Assembly (NCBI GenBank): GCA_013041765.1
Contig: JABDRL010000167.1
Location: 706-64,705 of the forward strand
Direction of reading: 5' to 3'
DNA: 64,000 nt
Source of the DNA: Dactylosporangium sp.
GTDB lineage: Bacteria; Actinomycetota; Actinomycetes; Mycobacteriales; Micromonosporaceae
Position 1 is the first letter of the stretch. Every line of letters starts with the position of its first letter. Shown here piece by piece: positions 1 through 7,714 of the stretch. The position numbers and the translations under genes are program-made. The notes under the pieces are model-generated. The model saw only the letters and a list, made by a program, of their open reading frames with translations. It was not told the DNA's origin and searched no databases.

Positions 1-1233
1 CGCGGGATCGGGCAGGCGCACGGTCGGGCAGGCGGGCGCGCCTGCGGCGGGCAGGACGGCCGATACCGTGCCCGTGCCGGCGGGTACACCCGGATGGTGA
101 TCCGCTGCTGGGCACCCCCATCGATCCGGGCACCTACGACTACCGGCGGGCAGCATGGGACGCCGCGCGCTTCCCCCCGGTTGCTCGACCGGTTCTGGCA
201 GAACCTGCGCCGGGCGGTCGGCTGGAGCGGGCAGTACGCCGGGTGCATCGAACCGCAGAAGCGCCTGGCCCCGCACGCCCACTTCGCCATCCGGGGCACG
301 ATCCCGCGCAGCATGCTGGAACGGGTCGCCGCCGCCTATCACCAGGTGTGGTGGCCACCGGCGGGCACCAATGATCTGTGCTTCAGCCCGGAGTGCCCGC
401 CGGTCTGGGATGAGGCGGGCAACACCTGGGTGCACCCGGGTACCCGCGAGGTCCTGCCCGGCTGGAAGCGAGCACTGGATGCGATCGAGGCCTGCCCGGA
501 AGCGGTGCCCGCTCACGTTGCCCGCTCACGTTGCCCGCTTCGGCCCGCAGGTGAAGGCCAAGGGCGTCGACCCGGACGCCAAGGATGTCGATCGCACGAT
601 CGGCTACATCACCAAGTACGTGACCAAGGTCGCCGCCGGCTGCCACACGATCACCAGCCAGGCCCAGCGTGATCATCTGAACCGGCTGTGGCAGGCCCTG
701 TGTATCACCCCGTGCTCAGAGCGCCGCGCCAACTGGCTGCTGTACGGCATCCAGCCAAGGGGCGCGCAGCGGAGCCTGCGCCCCGGATTCTGCAAGGGCA
801 AGGTCCATCAACAGGCCACCCTCGGCATCGGCGGGCGCCGCATCCTCGTGTCCCGAAACTGGTCCGGCAAGTCCCTGGCCGATCACCGCTACGACGCCAA
901 GGCATGGGTCCGCGCGCTCCTGGGCGTGGGCACCGACGCCGCCTCGGCAGAACCGGCACCGGTTCACCCGACTCCGCCAACTCCGCCGGCGGGCCTGCCC
1001 CGGTCGCCTGGGAACTGGCCCGCTCCGACGATCCCGACCTGGCGCCCTTGGGCCACCGGCTCCTGCGGGCCATCTCCGAACGCATCCAGTGGCGGGCCGA
1101 ACGCAACGCCGCCCGGCAACACAAGTCCACCAGGCCGCCGCCGGAACCGTCCGACACCGGGCCGCCGTCGACGCCGCACTCCGATTCGGCAACCGACGCC
1201 CCCACCCCCATCCGAGAGGAGAACCCCCGGTGA
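1..1233 (+). pseudogene. RepSA-type replication initiator protein, pseudogene (at least 3 frame changes; 5' end outside the window)
   Basis: The translation only makes sense when hopping frames. Frame 3 (nt 3-176): ..HPDGDPLLGTPIDPGTYDYRRAAWDAARFP. Frame 1 (178-520): RLLDRFWQNLRRAVGW..EPQKRLAPHAHFAIRGTIPR. Frame 2 (521 to about 950): FGPQVKAKGVDPDAKDVDRTIGYITKYVTK..GGRRILVSRNWSGKSLADHR. Frame 1 (about 990-1233): WELARSDDPDLAPLGHRLLRAISERIQWRAE, ending at TGA 1231-1233. The motif pattern (PHxHxAIRG, YITKYVTK, SRxWSGKxL) is that of actinomycete plasmid/AICE replication initiators. Confidence 0.65.
508..533. repeat. Perfect 13-bp tandem duplication (cccgctcacgttg x2) inside the rep pseudogene
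   Basis: cccgctcacgttg occurs at 508-520 and again at 521-533. Removing one copy restores ..EAVPAHVARFGPQVKAKGVD.. in a single frame. Confidence 0.95.
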
Positions 1234-1410
1234 TCCGCCTGGACACTTCACCTCAAGCGGGAGGCTGCGGACTGGAAGACCCAGGCTCGGGCCGGGCAGA
1301 CCCCGGAGAACAGCGTCGACCAGTCCGAGCGGCGTCTGACCTTCCGCGAGTACGGGGAACGCTGGCGGCTGTCCCGTCAGGTCGGCTGGGCGCTGGAGAC
1401 CCGCAAGCGG

Positions 1411-2517
1411 GTGCAATCCAACCTCCGCTGCCACCTCTACCCGGAATTCGGCAGCCGTCGCCTGATCACGATCACGCTGATCAACGTCCTGGAATGGCTG
1501 TCGACCGAACTCGCGGCCGGTACCCCAAAGACGTCTGTGAAGCTGTACTTCGAACTCCTGGACGCGGTGATCAGCGCGGCCGTCACCGACAAGGTGATCC
1601 CGGCGAACCCCTGCGACGGGGTCAAACTCAGTCAGATCCTGCGCGGGCTGAGCCGGGCGCCCAAATGGGTGCCGACCGAACGTGAGGTCTTGGCCCTGCT
1701 GGAGGTCGTGCCCGACCGGTACCGGGCCATCATCTGGCTGGGAGCCGGGCAGGGCTGCCGGCTCGGCGAAGCCCTGGGCATGGAACACGGCCCTCGCTGC
1801 CTCGATTCACAAGACCAGCAGCTCCATGTGGTGCAGCAGCTGCGCTACTCCCCAGCCGAATACGAGGGTTTCTACCTCGCCCCGCCGAAGGCCGGTTCCG
1901 CGGGCACCATCGACCTGGATCCGGTCGTCGCCGGCATCCTGGCCGAGCACGTGCACCAGTTCCCGCCGGTGGACACGGACCTGATCGACATCACCTCTGG
2001 CGATCCGGTCCACCGCAGTGCACCGCTGCTGTTCACCACCAGCCATGGCAACCCGTTCACCGACCGAACCTGGTCGAGGGAATGGGCCAAGTGGCGCACG
2101 GCGGCCGGCTGGCCAGCAGAGCACGGCACCTATCACGCCCTGCGGCACTTCTTCGCCACCACGCTGATCACCAACCACGCCGAGCCACAGGACGTGCAAC
2201 GCATGCTCCGCCACAAGACCCTTCGCATCACCCTGGAGACCTACGTCCACTGGTGGCCGAAGCGCGAACGGAGGCGGGGCATCGTCGGCACAGCCCTCCA
2301 GACCGCCGCTGCGGCTTCCAGACCTGCCGGTTCGGGCGCCCCGGGATCATCCCCATTGGAGGCACCCGCCGAGGCAAGATCAAACCCAGTCTGTACCCGA
2401 TCTGTACCGGACGATCTTGGGCATGAAAAAAGCCCTGGTCACAGGGCTTTTCGAGTGGAGACGAGGGGACTCGAACCCCTAACCCCCGCCTTGCAAAGGC
2501 GGTGCTCTGCCAGTTGA
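1411..2517 (+). CDS. int: Tyrosine recombinase/integrase (AICE/phage type), probably 5'-truncated. Homology continues upstream to nt 1234 without any start codon.
   Basis: The catalytic signature is present: ..GCRLGEALG.. (Arg), HALRHFFATTL (His-x-x-Arg-His) and LETYVHWW (Tyr). Integrase-like sequence (KREAADW..LTFREYGERWRLSRQ) continues in the same frame back to the rep stop at 1231-1233. That stretch has no ATG/GTG/TTG, so the first usable start is GTG 1411. The ORF tail reads through a terminator hairpin into tRNA-Ala. Confidence 0.75.
   Translation: MQSNLRCHLYPEFGSRRLITITLINVLEWLSTELAAGTPKTSVKLYFELLDAVISAAVTDKVIPANPCDGVKLSQILRGLSRAPKWVPTEREVLALLEVVPDRYRAIIWLGAGQGCRLGEALGMEHGPRCLDSQDQQLHVVQQLRYSPAEYEGFYLAPPKAGSAGTIDLDPVVAGILAEHVHQFPPVDTDLIDITSGDPVHRSAPLLFTTSHGNPFTDRTWSREWAKWRTAAGWPAEHGTYHALRHFFATTLITNHAEPQDVQRMLRHKTLRITLETYVHWWPKRERRRGIVGTALQTAAAASRPAGSGAPGSSPLEAPAEARSNPVCTRSVPDDLGHEKSPGHRAFRVETRGLEPLTPALQRRCSAS
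2426..2451 (-). terminator. Intrinsic terminator just downstream of tRNA-Ala
   Basis: On the minus strand after the tRNA 3' end: AAAAGCCCTG-TGAC-CAGGGCTTTTTT. That is a 6-8 bp GC stem, a 4-nt loop and a T6 tail. Confidence 0.6.
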
Positions 2518-2528
2518 GCTACGCCCCC
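2456..2528 (-). tRNA. tRNA-Ala (anticodon UGC)
   Basis: The reverse complement GGGGGCGTAGCTCAACTGGCAGAGCACCGCCTTTGCAAGGCGGGGGTTAGGGGTTCGAGTCCCCTCGTCTCCA folds as a cloverleaf. The anticodon loop is TT-TGC-AA. The G3:U70 alanine identity pair and the GGTTCGAGTCC T-arm are present. CCA is not encoded. Confidence 0.95.
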
Positions 2529-2563
2529 GGTGGGGACCCCGGCCGGGCCCGCCAGTGGACTGG

Positions 2564-2692
2564 CTACCGAAGGTCAGGCGCGGTCGTCGCCTCGTGCCAG
2601 AGCGCCCGCTCTTCGTTGGCGACCCTGACCTTCTTCGCGACAATCGTCGCCATCCCGATGACACCCGCGACGATCAGCAATTTCTTCCACAT
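2564..2692 (-). CDS. Small membrane protein, DLW-39-like (42 aa); too short for the supplied ORF track
   Basis: Minus-strand ORF MWKKLLIVAGVIGMATIVAKKVRVANEERALWHEATTAPDLR, with a GGGAG Shine-Dalgarno sequence 8 nt upstream of the ATG (2690-2692) and stop TAG (2564-2566). It has one TM helix followed by a basic/acidic tail containing the LW motif. It sits between the two tRNAs downstream of gyrA, where this small gene family is found in Actinobacteria. Confidence 0.65.
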   Translation of the reverse strand: MWKKLLIVAGVIGMATIVAKKVRVANEERALWHEATTAPDLR

Positions 2693-2734
2693 GGGCCGAA
2701 TCTCCCTCAGGGTCGATGCGGACGGGTGCACGAG

Positions 2735-2808
2735 TGGGGCTAGCTGGAATCGAACCAGCGACCTCAGAGTTATCAGCTCTGCGCTCTAACCGACTGAGCT
2801 ATAGCCCC
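2735..2808 (-). tRNA. tRNA-Ile (anticodon GAU)
   Basis: The reverse complement GGGGCTATAGCTCAGTCGGTTAGAGCGCAGAGCTGATAACTCTGAGGTCGCTGGTTCGATTCCAGCTAGCCCCA forms a cloverleaf with anticodon loop CT-GAT-AA. The ileT-alaT pair downstream of gyrA matches M. tuberculosis. Confidence 0.95.
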
Positions 2809-2910
2809 GTGCGACCAGACTTGCGTTTCCGCAGTGGCGCGACGAGCAAGGCTACCGCACACAGGGCGCAAGCCTCAAACCGGTTCCCCCCTCGCCACGC
2901 CATCCGCCGG

Positions 2911-3816
2911 TCAGTCCTTCTCCGCGAGAGTCAACTCTATGCCGCCGACCAGGTCGGCGCACACGTTGTAGATGAATGCCCCAAGCGTCGCCAGCGCCGT
3001 GAAGAGCACCACATTGACCAAGCCGACCATGGCTGACCCGCCGATGACGAACTTCGCGGTGATCTTGACGCTAGCCGCGTCGCCCCCGGTGGCACCGATC
3101 AGGTCGACCATGGCCTTGTTGACGCTCCCGAACACGCCCATCGCGTCCAAAGCCAGGTACAGCACAGACGCGGCAACGATCACAACGATGAACAGCACGA
3201 ACGACACCGCAAAGGCGAACTTCATCACAGACCACGGGTCGATACGCTTGACATGGAGTCTCGCCCGACGAGGACCGCGCCCCGCCGCGGCTGCGACCGT
3301 TGCCCTTGCGGCCCGAACCGCCTCGGTGACCCGGCCGGCGCCCATGACCGACCCGGTGGCAGTGGCCCCCCCGCCGGGCGGCGCGCCCAGCGACAACGAT
3401 GCGGCCGGCCCGGTCGTTCGGACGCTTGCCCGCGCGACCGTTGGCACGGTTCCCGTCGGTGGGGGCTGCCCGAGGTGGCTGGCCGCCGCCGGGCCCCCCG
3501 TTCCTGGCGTGCCGAGCGGTCCTGCTGACCCGGGCGCACCGGCGGAGCCCGGTGGGGGTGCGTCCGGCGGAGCCGGCATGCCCGGCGGGCGGGTATATTT
3601 CACCCCCGCGGTCGAGGTCTGCTCCCCACCGGGAACGGTGGCTCGACCGACCGCTGAGCGCCCTTCCGCTTCCTCCGCCGGGCTGTCCTTGCTCACGGTG
3701 GCGTCAGCCGCGCCTGGTGAACCGGTTGTTGACGCGGCGGCATCGTGCGGCTGCTCTCCGGACTTCTCCTGGCCCTCGGCCTCTGAAGCGCCCGCCTTGG
3801 CTTGTGTCTCGGTCAT
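2911..3816 (-). CDS. DUF3566-type conserved membrane protein (Rv0007-like)
   Basis: The N-terminal half is Pro/Ala/Gly-rich and low-complexity. The C-terminal part is conserved: RRARLHVKRIDPWSVMKFAFAVSFVLFIVVIVAASVLYLALDAMGVF..FIYNVCADLVGGIELTLAE. It lies directly downstream of gyrA, as in other Actinobacteria. Confidence 0.85.
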   Translation of the reverse strand: MTETQAKAGASEAEGQEKSGEQPHDAAASTTGSPGAADATVSKDSPAEEAEGRSAVGRATVPGGEQTSTAGVKYTRPPGMPAPPDAPPPGSAGAPGSAGPLGTPGTGGPAAASHLGQPPPTGTVPTVARASVRTTGPAASLSLGAPPGGGATATGSVMGAGRVTEAVRAARATVAAAAGRGPRRARLHVKRIDPWSVMKFAFAVSFVLFIVVIVAASVLYLALDAMGVFGSVNKAMVDLIGATGGDAASVKITAKFVIGGSAMVGLVNVVLFTALATLGAFIYNVCADLVGGIELTLAEKD

Positions 3817-3819
3817 GCG

Positions 3820-6800
3820 CTAATCCTGCTCCTCGGGCTCGTCGACATTGCGAGCGATGGCGACGATAGTCACGCCTTCTGGAAGGTCCATCAGCTTGAC
3901 TCCCATTGTGTTCCGATCTCGGGTGCGGCGCACAGGCTTCACCGGGGTACGGATCACGCCACCGTTCGAGGTGATGGCAAACAACTCGTCATCCGGGCTG
4001 ATCGCCACCGCTCCGACCAGGCCACCGCGGCGCGAAGTGATTTTAGCGGTGAGTACCCCCTTGCCGCCGCGTCCCTGCACCGGATACTCATCGATTGGGG
4101 TGCGCTTCGCGTACCCCCCGCCGGTCGCGACGAGCACATCCATGCCTTCGCGGACGACCTCCATTGACAGCAACTCGTCCCCTTCCACGAAACGCATGCC
4201 AATCACGCCCGACGTGGCGCGTCCCATGGGACGCAGGGTGTCGTCGTCGGCCCGGAACCGGATCGCCTGGGCACACTTGCTGACCAGAAGAAGGTCATCG
4301 TCTGCACTGATCAGCGCGGCACCGACGAGTTCATCGTCGTCGGGCAGGTTCACCGCGATGATGCCACCGGTGCGGTTGGAGTCGAACTCGTCCAGCCTGG
4401 TCTTCTTGATCCGGCCGGTCTTCGTCGCGAGGACCAGATACGGTGCAACCTGATAATCCACGATCTCGATGATTTGAGCGATACGCTCGTCCGGCTGGAA
4501 CGCCAGCAGGTTCGCCACGTGCTGGCCCCGGGCGACCCGGTTGGCTTCGGGAAGCTCGTAGGCCTTCGCCCGGTACACCCTGCCCTTGTTGGTGAAGAAC
4601 AGCAGCCAGTCGTGGGTCGAGCAGACGAAGAAATGGCTGACGATGTCGTCCTGTCGCAGAGCCGCCCCGGCCACGCCCTTCCCACCGCGCTTCTGTGACC
4701 GGTAGTTGTCCGCTTTGGTCCGCTTGGCGTAGCCGGTACGAGTAATCGTCACGACCACATCCTCGCGGGCGATGAGGTCCTCCATTGAGACCTCACCGTC
4801 GAATGGCACGATTTTGGTCCTGCGCTCGTCGCCCCATTTGGCGACGTTCTCGGCCAGCTCTTCCGAGACGATCTGACGCTGCCGATCCGGCTTGGCGAGG
4901 ATGTCCTTGAACTCGCTGATCTCAAGCTCGATCCGGGCCAGATCGTCGACGATCCGCCGCCGTTCCAGGGCCGCGAGCCGCCGCAGCTGCATGTCGAGGA
5001 TGGCCGTCGCCTGCACCTCGTCGACGTCCAGCAGCCGGATCAGGCCGGTCTTGGATTCCTCGGCACTCGCCGACCGCCGGATGAGGGCGATCACCTCGTC
5101 CAGCATGTCGAGGGCCTTGACCAGCCCGCGCAGGATGTGTGCCCGTTCCTCGGCCCGGCGTAGCCGGTAGCGGGTACGCCGGACGATGACCTCGATCTGG
5201 TGGACCACGTAGTGCCGCACGAACTGCGCCAGGTTCAGCGTGCGGGGCACCCCGTCCACCAGCGCCAGCATGTTGGCGCCGAAGGTCTCCTGAAGCTGCG
5301 TGTGCTTGTAGAGGTTGTTGAGGATGACCTTCGCCACGGCGTCACGTTTGAGAACAATGATCAGCCGAAGGCCGGTACGACCGGACGATTCATCGCGGAT
5401 ATCGGCGATCCCGGCAAGCTTGCCCTCCTTGACGAGGTCCGCGATCCGCTCGGCGAGGTTGTCCGGGTTCACCATGTACGGCAACTCGGTCACGACGAGC
5501 GAGGTCCGACCCTTCCGGTCTTCCTCGACATCCACGACGGCCCGCATCCGGATGGAACCGCGGCCGGTCCGGTAGGCGTCATGGATCCCGCTGATGCCGA
5601 CGATCAGGCCGTGGGTGGGAAAGTCCGGCCCCTTAACGATGTTGATCAGTTCGTCCAGGGTCTCGGCGTCGTCAACGTCCGGGTGGTCGAGACACCACTG
5701 CACCGCTTGGGCGATCTCGCGAAGATTGTGCGGCGGAATGTTGGTCGCCATGCCGACCGCGATTCCCGAACTGCCGTTGACCAGCAGGTTGGGAATCCTG
5801 GCGGGCAGGATGGTGGGTTCCATCGCCCGACCGTCATAGTTCGGCACGAAATCGACGGTTTCCTCGTCGATGTCCCGCAACATCTCCATCGCCAGCGGCT
5901 GGAGCCGGGATTCGGTGTTGTGGCTGACGAAGCCGTTGGTGATGAACGCGTGATCGGTGGTGTCAACCCGGAGGCTGTAGACCGATTGCACTCCCGCGTC
6001 GGTGACCTCTTCGACCCGCGCGTAGTAGTAGCGCCCGTCGACCAGCGGCTCCACGACGTCCAGGATGCCGGGCGCGGTGATTCGGGCGGCGATCTCGTCG
6101 TGATCGCGTTCCCAGGGCCCGATCCGATCGACCGTGGCGTTCCGCAGCCAGGTCTGCTCGGCCAGTTCCTGCGTGCCGTGCTCGCAGATGAAGGCTCCGA
6201 CAAACGGCACCTGGTCGCTGCCCAGCGGACGGCCGGCGGCCGCGACGTGGGCGATGGCCAGTTCCAGACGGGCCTGCTTGCGGCCGAGGAATCCGATGGA
6301 GCGAGCGAAGATCCGGGCGTCCCGCCACTGGGTGATGACAATGCCGATCTCACCTGTGGCGTAGTGGCGCAGCTGAGACACGATGCCGAATTCCAGCAGC
6401 AGCTGCTGGATCTCCCTGGCCAGCCGGGGGCTGCGGGTCGCGTACGAGATCTGGAGGGAGGTTCGGGGCTGCAACACCAGTCCCCCGTCGACCTCGAACA
6501 GCGACTGGAGAAACGCCCGTTTGATGGTCGGGCTGCCACGGAGCACGAACGTCGGAACGATCTTCTCGGCACCGCAGTCGCCGATGATGTCGGCCAGCAC
6601 GCTGCGACGCAGCGCGCCGAGGTCGTCGATATCCAGGTCCCGGACGGTCGTGCCGTCGGAGACCAGCCGCTCCGAGACCCGCCGCTGCCCCTTGCCGACC
6701 GCCATGTCATAGGCCGCCAGGACCCGCAGCACGTACTCGCGGTCCATGGTGTCGAACCCGGCTCGACGTTGGGCGGCCCAGCCCTCGCTGACCAGAGCCC

Positions 6801-7629
6801 CGGCACACACCGCGGCCTCGGTCAGTTCATGGGTCGGCAGACCGACCTCATCGGCCACCACCCGCTGCATGACGACCCTGTCGCCCGGCACGATCTCCGA
6901 CAGCAACTTCCACAGCAAGGTCGGGACGCCGCCGACCGGGACCAGGCACAGCACCGGGTGGTTGAGCGTTCCGGCCAGCTCGTACCCCTCGCTCGTGCGC
7001 AGTCGCACGGTCTGGTGGTCGCCGGAGTGGAACAGCTTGGACGCGACGGCCAGATCGCCGTCACGGCCGTAGATCTTCAGGCGGATGTCGTTGTCGCTGT
7101 TCGGTTGGGCGTCCGGCACGATCTTGTTGATCGGAATCGTGCCTTCAACCGTTCTGACCAGCGTGTCGCCGGTCACGCAGTACCGCATCGCCGCTGGCGG
7201 ATCGTTGCCTGGCGAACCGAAGTTGCCGTTGCCGTCAATCAGCGGGTACCGCAGCGACCAGGGCTGGGCCATCCTGACCAGCGCGTCGTAGATCGCCGAG
7301 TCGCCATGCGGGTGGAACTGGCCCATGACGTCGCCGACAACCCGCGAGCACTTGACGTACCCGCGGTCGGGCCGGTACCCGCTGTCGTACATCGCGTACA
7401 GAATCTTGCGGTGCACCGGTTTGAGGCCGTCCCGAACATCGGGGAGTGCCCGGCCGACGATCACGCTCATCGCATAGTCGAGATACGAGCGTTGCATCTC
7501 GACATCGATACCGACTGGCTCGATCCGCCCGCGCACTCCGACCGCGTTCATGTTCCCGTCGACCGCATCCGGCGTCGCCGGCTGCCCGTCGATGGGATCG
7601 CCCGCACCCGGACCTGTCGTCTCGCTCAC
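3820..7629 (-). CDS. gyrA: DNA gyrase subunit A, interrupted by one intein (848-aa extein plus 421-aa intein)
   Basis: The N-terminus carries ..[43 protein letters not shown], the intein follows, and the extein resumes with [13 protein letters not shown]. The GyrA C-terminal beta-pinwheel repeats are present. Start is GTG at 7629. Confidence 0.97.
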   Translation of the reverse strand: MSETTGPGAGDPIDGQPATPDAVDGNMNAVGVRGRIEPVGIDVEMQRSYLDYAMSVIVGRALPDVRDGLKPVHRKILYAMYDSGYRPDRGYVKCSRVVGDVMGQFHPHGDSAIYDALVRMAQPWSLRYPLIDGNGNFGSPGNDPPAAMRYCVTGDTLVRTVEGTIPINKIVPDAQPNSDNDIRLKIYGRDGDLAVASKLFHSGDHQTVRLRTSEGYELAGTLNHPVLCLVPVGGVPTLLWKLLSEIVPGDRVVMQRVVADEVGLPTHELTEAAVCAGALVSEGWAAQRRAGFDTMDREYVLRVLAAYDMAVGKGQRRVSERLVSDGTTVRDLDIDDLGALRRSVLADIIGDCGAEKIVPTFVLRGSPTIKRAFLQSLFEVDGGLVLQPRTSLQISYATRSPRLAREIQQLLLEFGIVSQLRHYATGEIGIVITQWRDARIFARSIGFLGRKQARLELAIAHVAAAGRPLGSDQVPFVGAFICEHGTQELAEQTWLRNATVDRIGPWERDHDEIAARITAPGILDVVEPLVDGRYYYARVEEVTDAGVQSVYSLRVDTTDHAFITNGFVSHNTESRLQPLAMEMLRDIDEETVDFVPNYDGRAMEPTILPARIPNLLVNGSSGIAVGMATNIPPHNLREIAQAVQWCLDHPDVDDAETLDELINIVKGPDFPTHGLIVGISGIHDAYRTGRGSIRMRAVVDVEEDRKGRTSLVVTELPYMVNPDNLAERIADLVKEGKLAGIADIRDESSGRTGLRLIIVLKRDAVAKVILNNLYKHTQLQETFGANMLALVDGVPRTLNLAQFVRHYVVHQIEVIVRRTRYRLRRAEERAHILRGLVKALDMLDEVIALIRRSASAEESKTGLIRLLDVDEVQATAILDMQLRRLAALERRRIVDDLARIELEISEFKDILAKPDRQRQIVSEELAENVAKWGDERRTKIVPFDGEVSMEDLIAREDVVVTITRTGYAKRTKADNYRSQKRGGKGVAGAALRQDDIVSHFFVCSTHDWLLFFTNKGRVYRAKAYELPEANRVARGQHVANLLAFQPDERIAQIIEIVDYQVAPYLVLATKTGRIKKTRLDEFDSNRTGGIIAVNLPDDDELVGAALISADDDLLLVSKCAQAIRFRADDDTLRPMGRATSGVIGMRFVEGDELLSMEVVREGMDVLVATGGGYAKRTPIDEYPVQGRGGKGVLTAKITSRRGGLVGAVAISPDDELFAITSNGGVIRTPVKPVRRTRDRNTMGVKLMDLPEGVTIVAIARNVDEPEEQD
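5917..7179 (-). mobile_element. GyrA intein (421 aa) with a LAGLIDADG homing-endonuclease domain
   Basis: It begins with Cys (CVTGDTLV) right after the active-site motif AAMRY and ends ..GFVSHN, followed by Thr (+1). Block B TLNHP is present. Two dodecapeptide-like motifs are present: [11 protein letters not shown] and [12 protein letters not shown]. Confidence 0.9.
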
Positions 7630-7714
7630 GCCTCAAACCTTCTTCGTCATGTGCCGGCACACCGGCCGGCCCCGTCCTTGGGGGAATTCGGAAACCAAGC
7701 AGTGCCTGGTGCGG

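Larger units (their letters stand above)
1..2455 (+). mobile_element. Remnant of an actinomycete integrative (AICE/pSAM2-like) element: rep pseudogene plus 5'-truncated int, abutting the 3' end of tRNA-Ala. The left boundary lies outside the window.
   Basis: A RepSA-like replication initiator (frameshifted) is followed directly by a tyrosine integrase. The integrase ORF runs toward the 3' end of tRNA-Ala (2456), which is the usual int-next-to-tRNA geometry of tRNA-integrating elements. No excisionase-sized ORF lies between rep and int. Confidence 0.55.

Noticed and set aside
94-1339. ORFs 94-672, 155-1339 and 688-1233 treated as separate genes
   Set aside because: They are overlapping frame fragments of a single RepSA-like pseudogene, joined by identifiable frameshift lesions.
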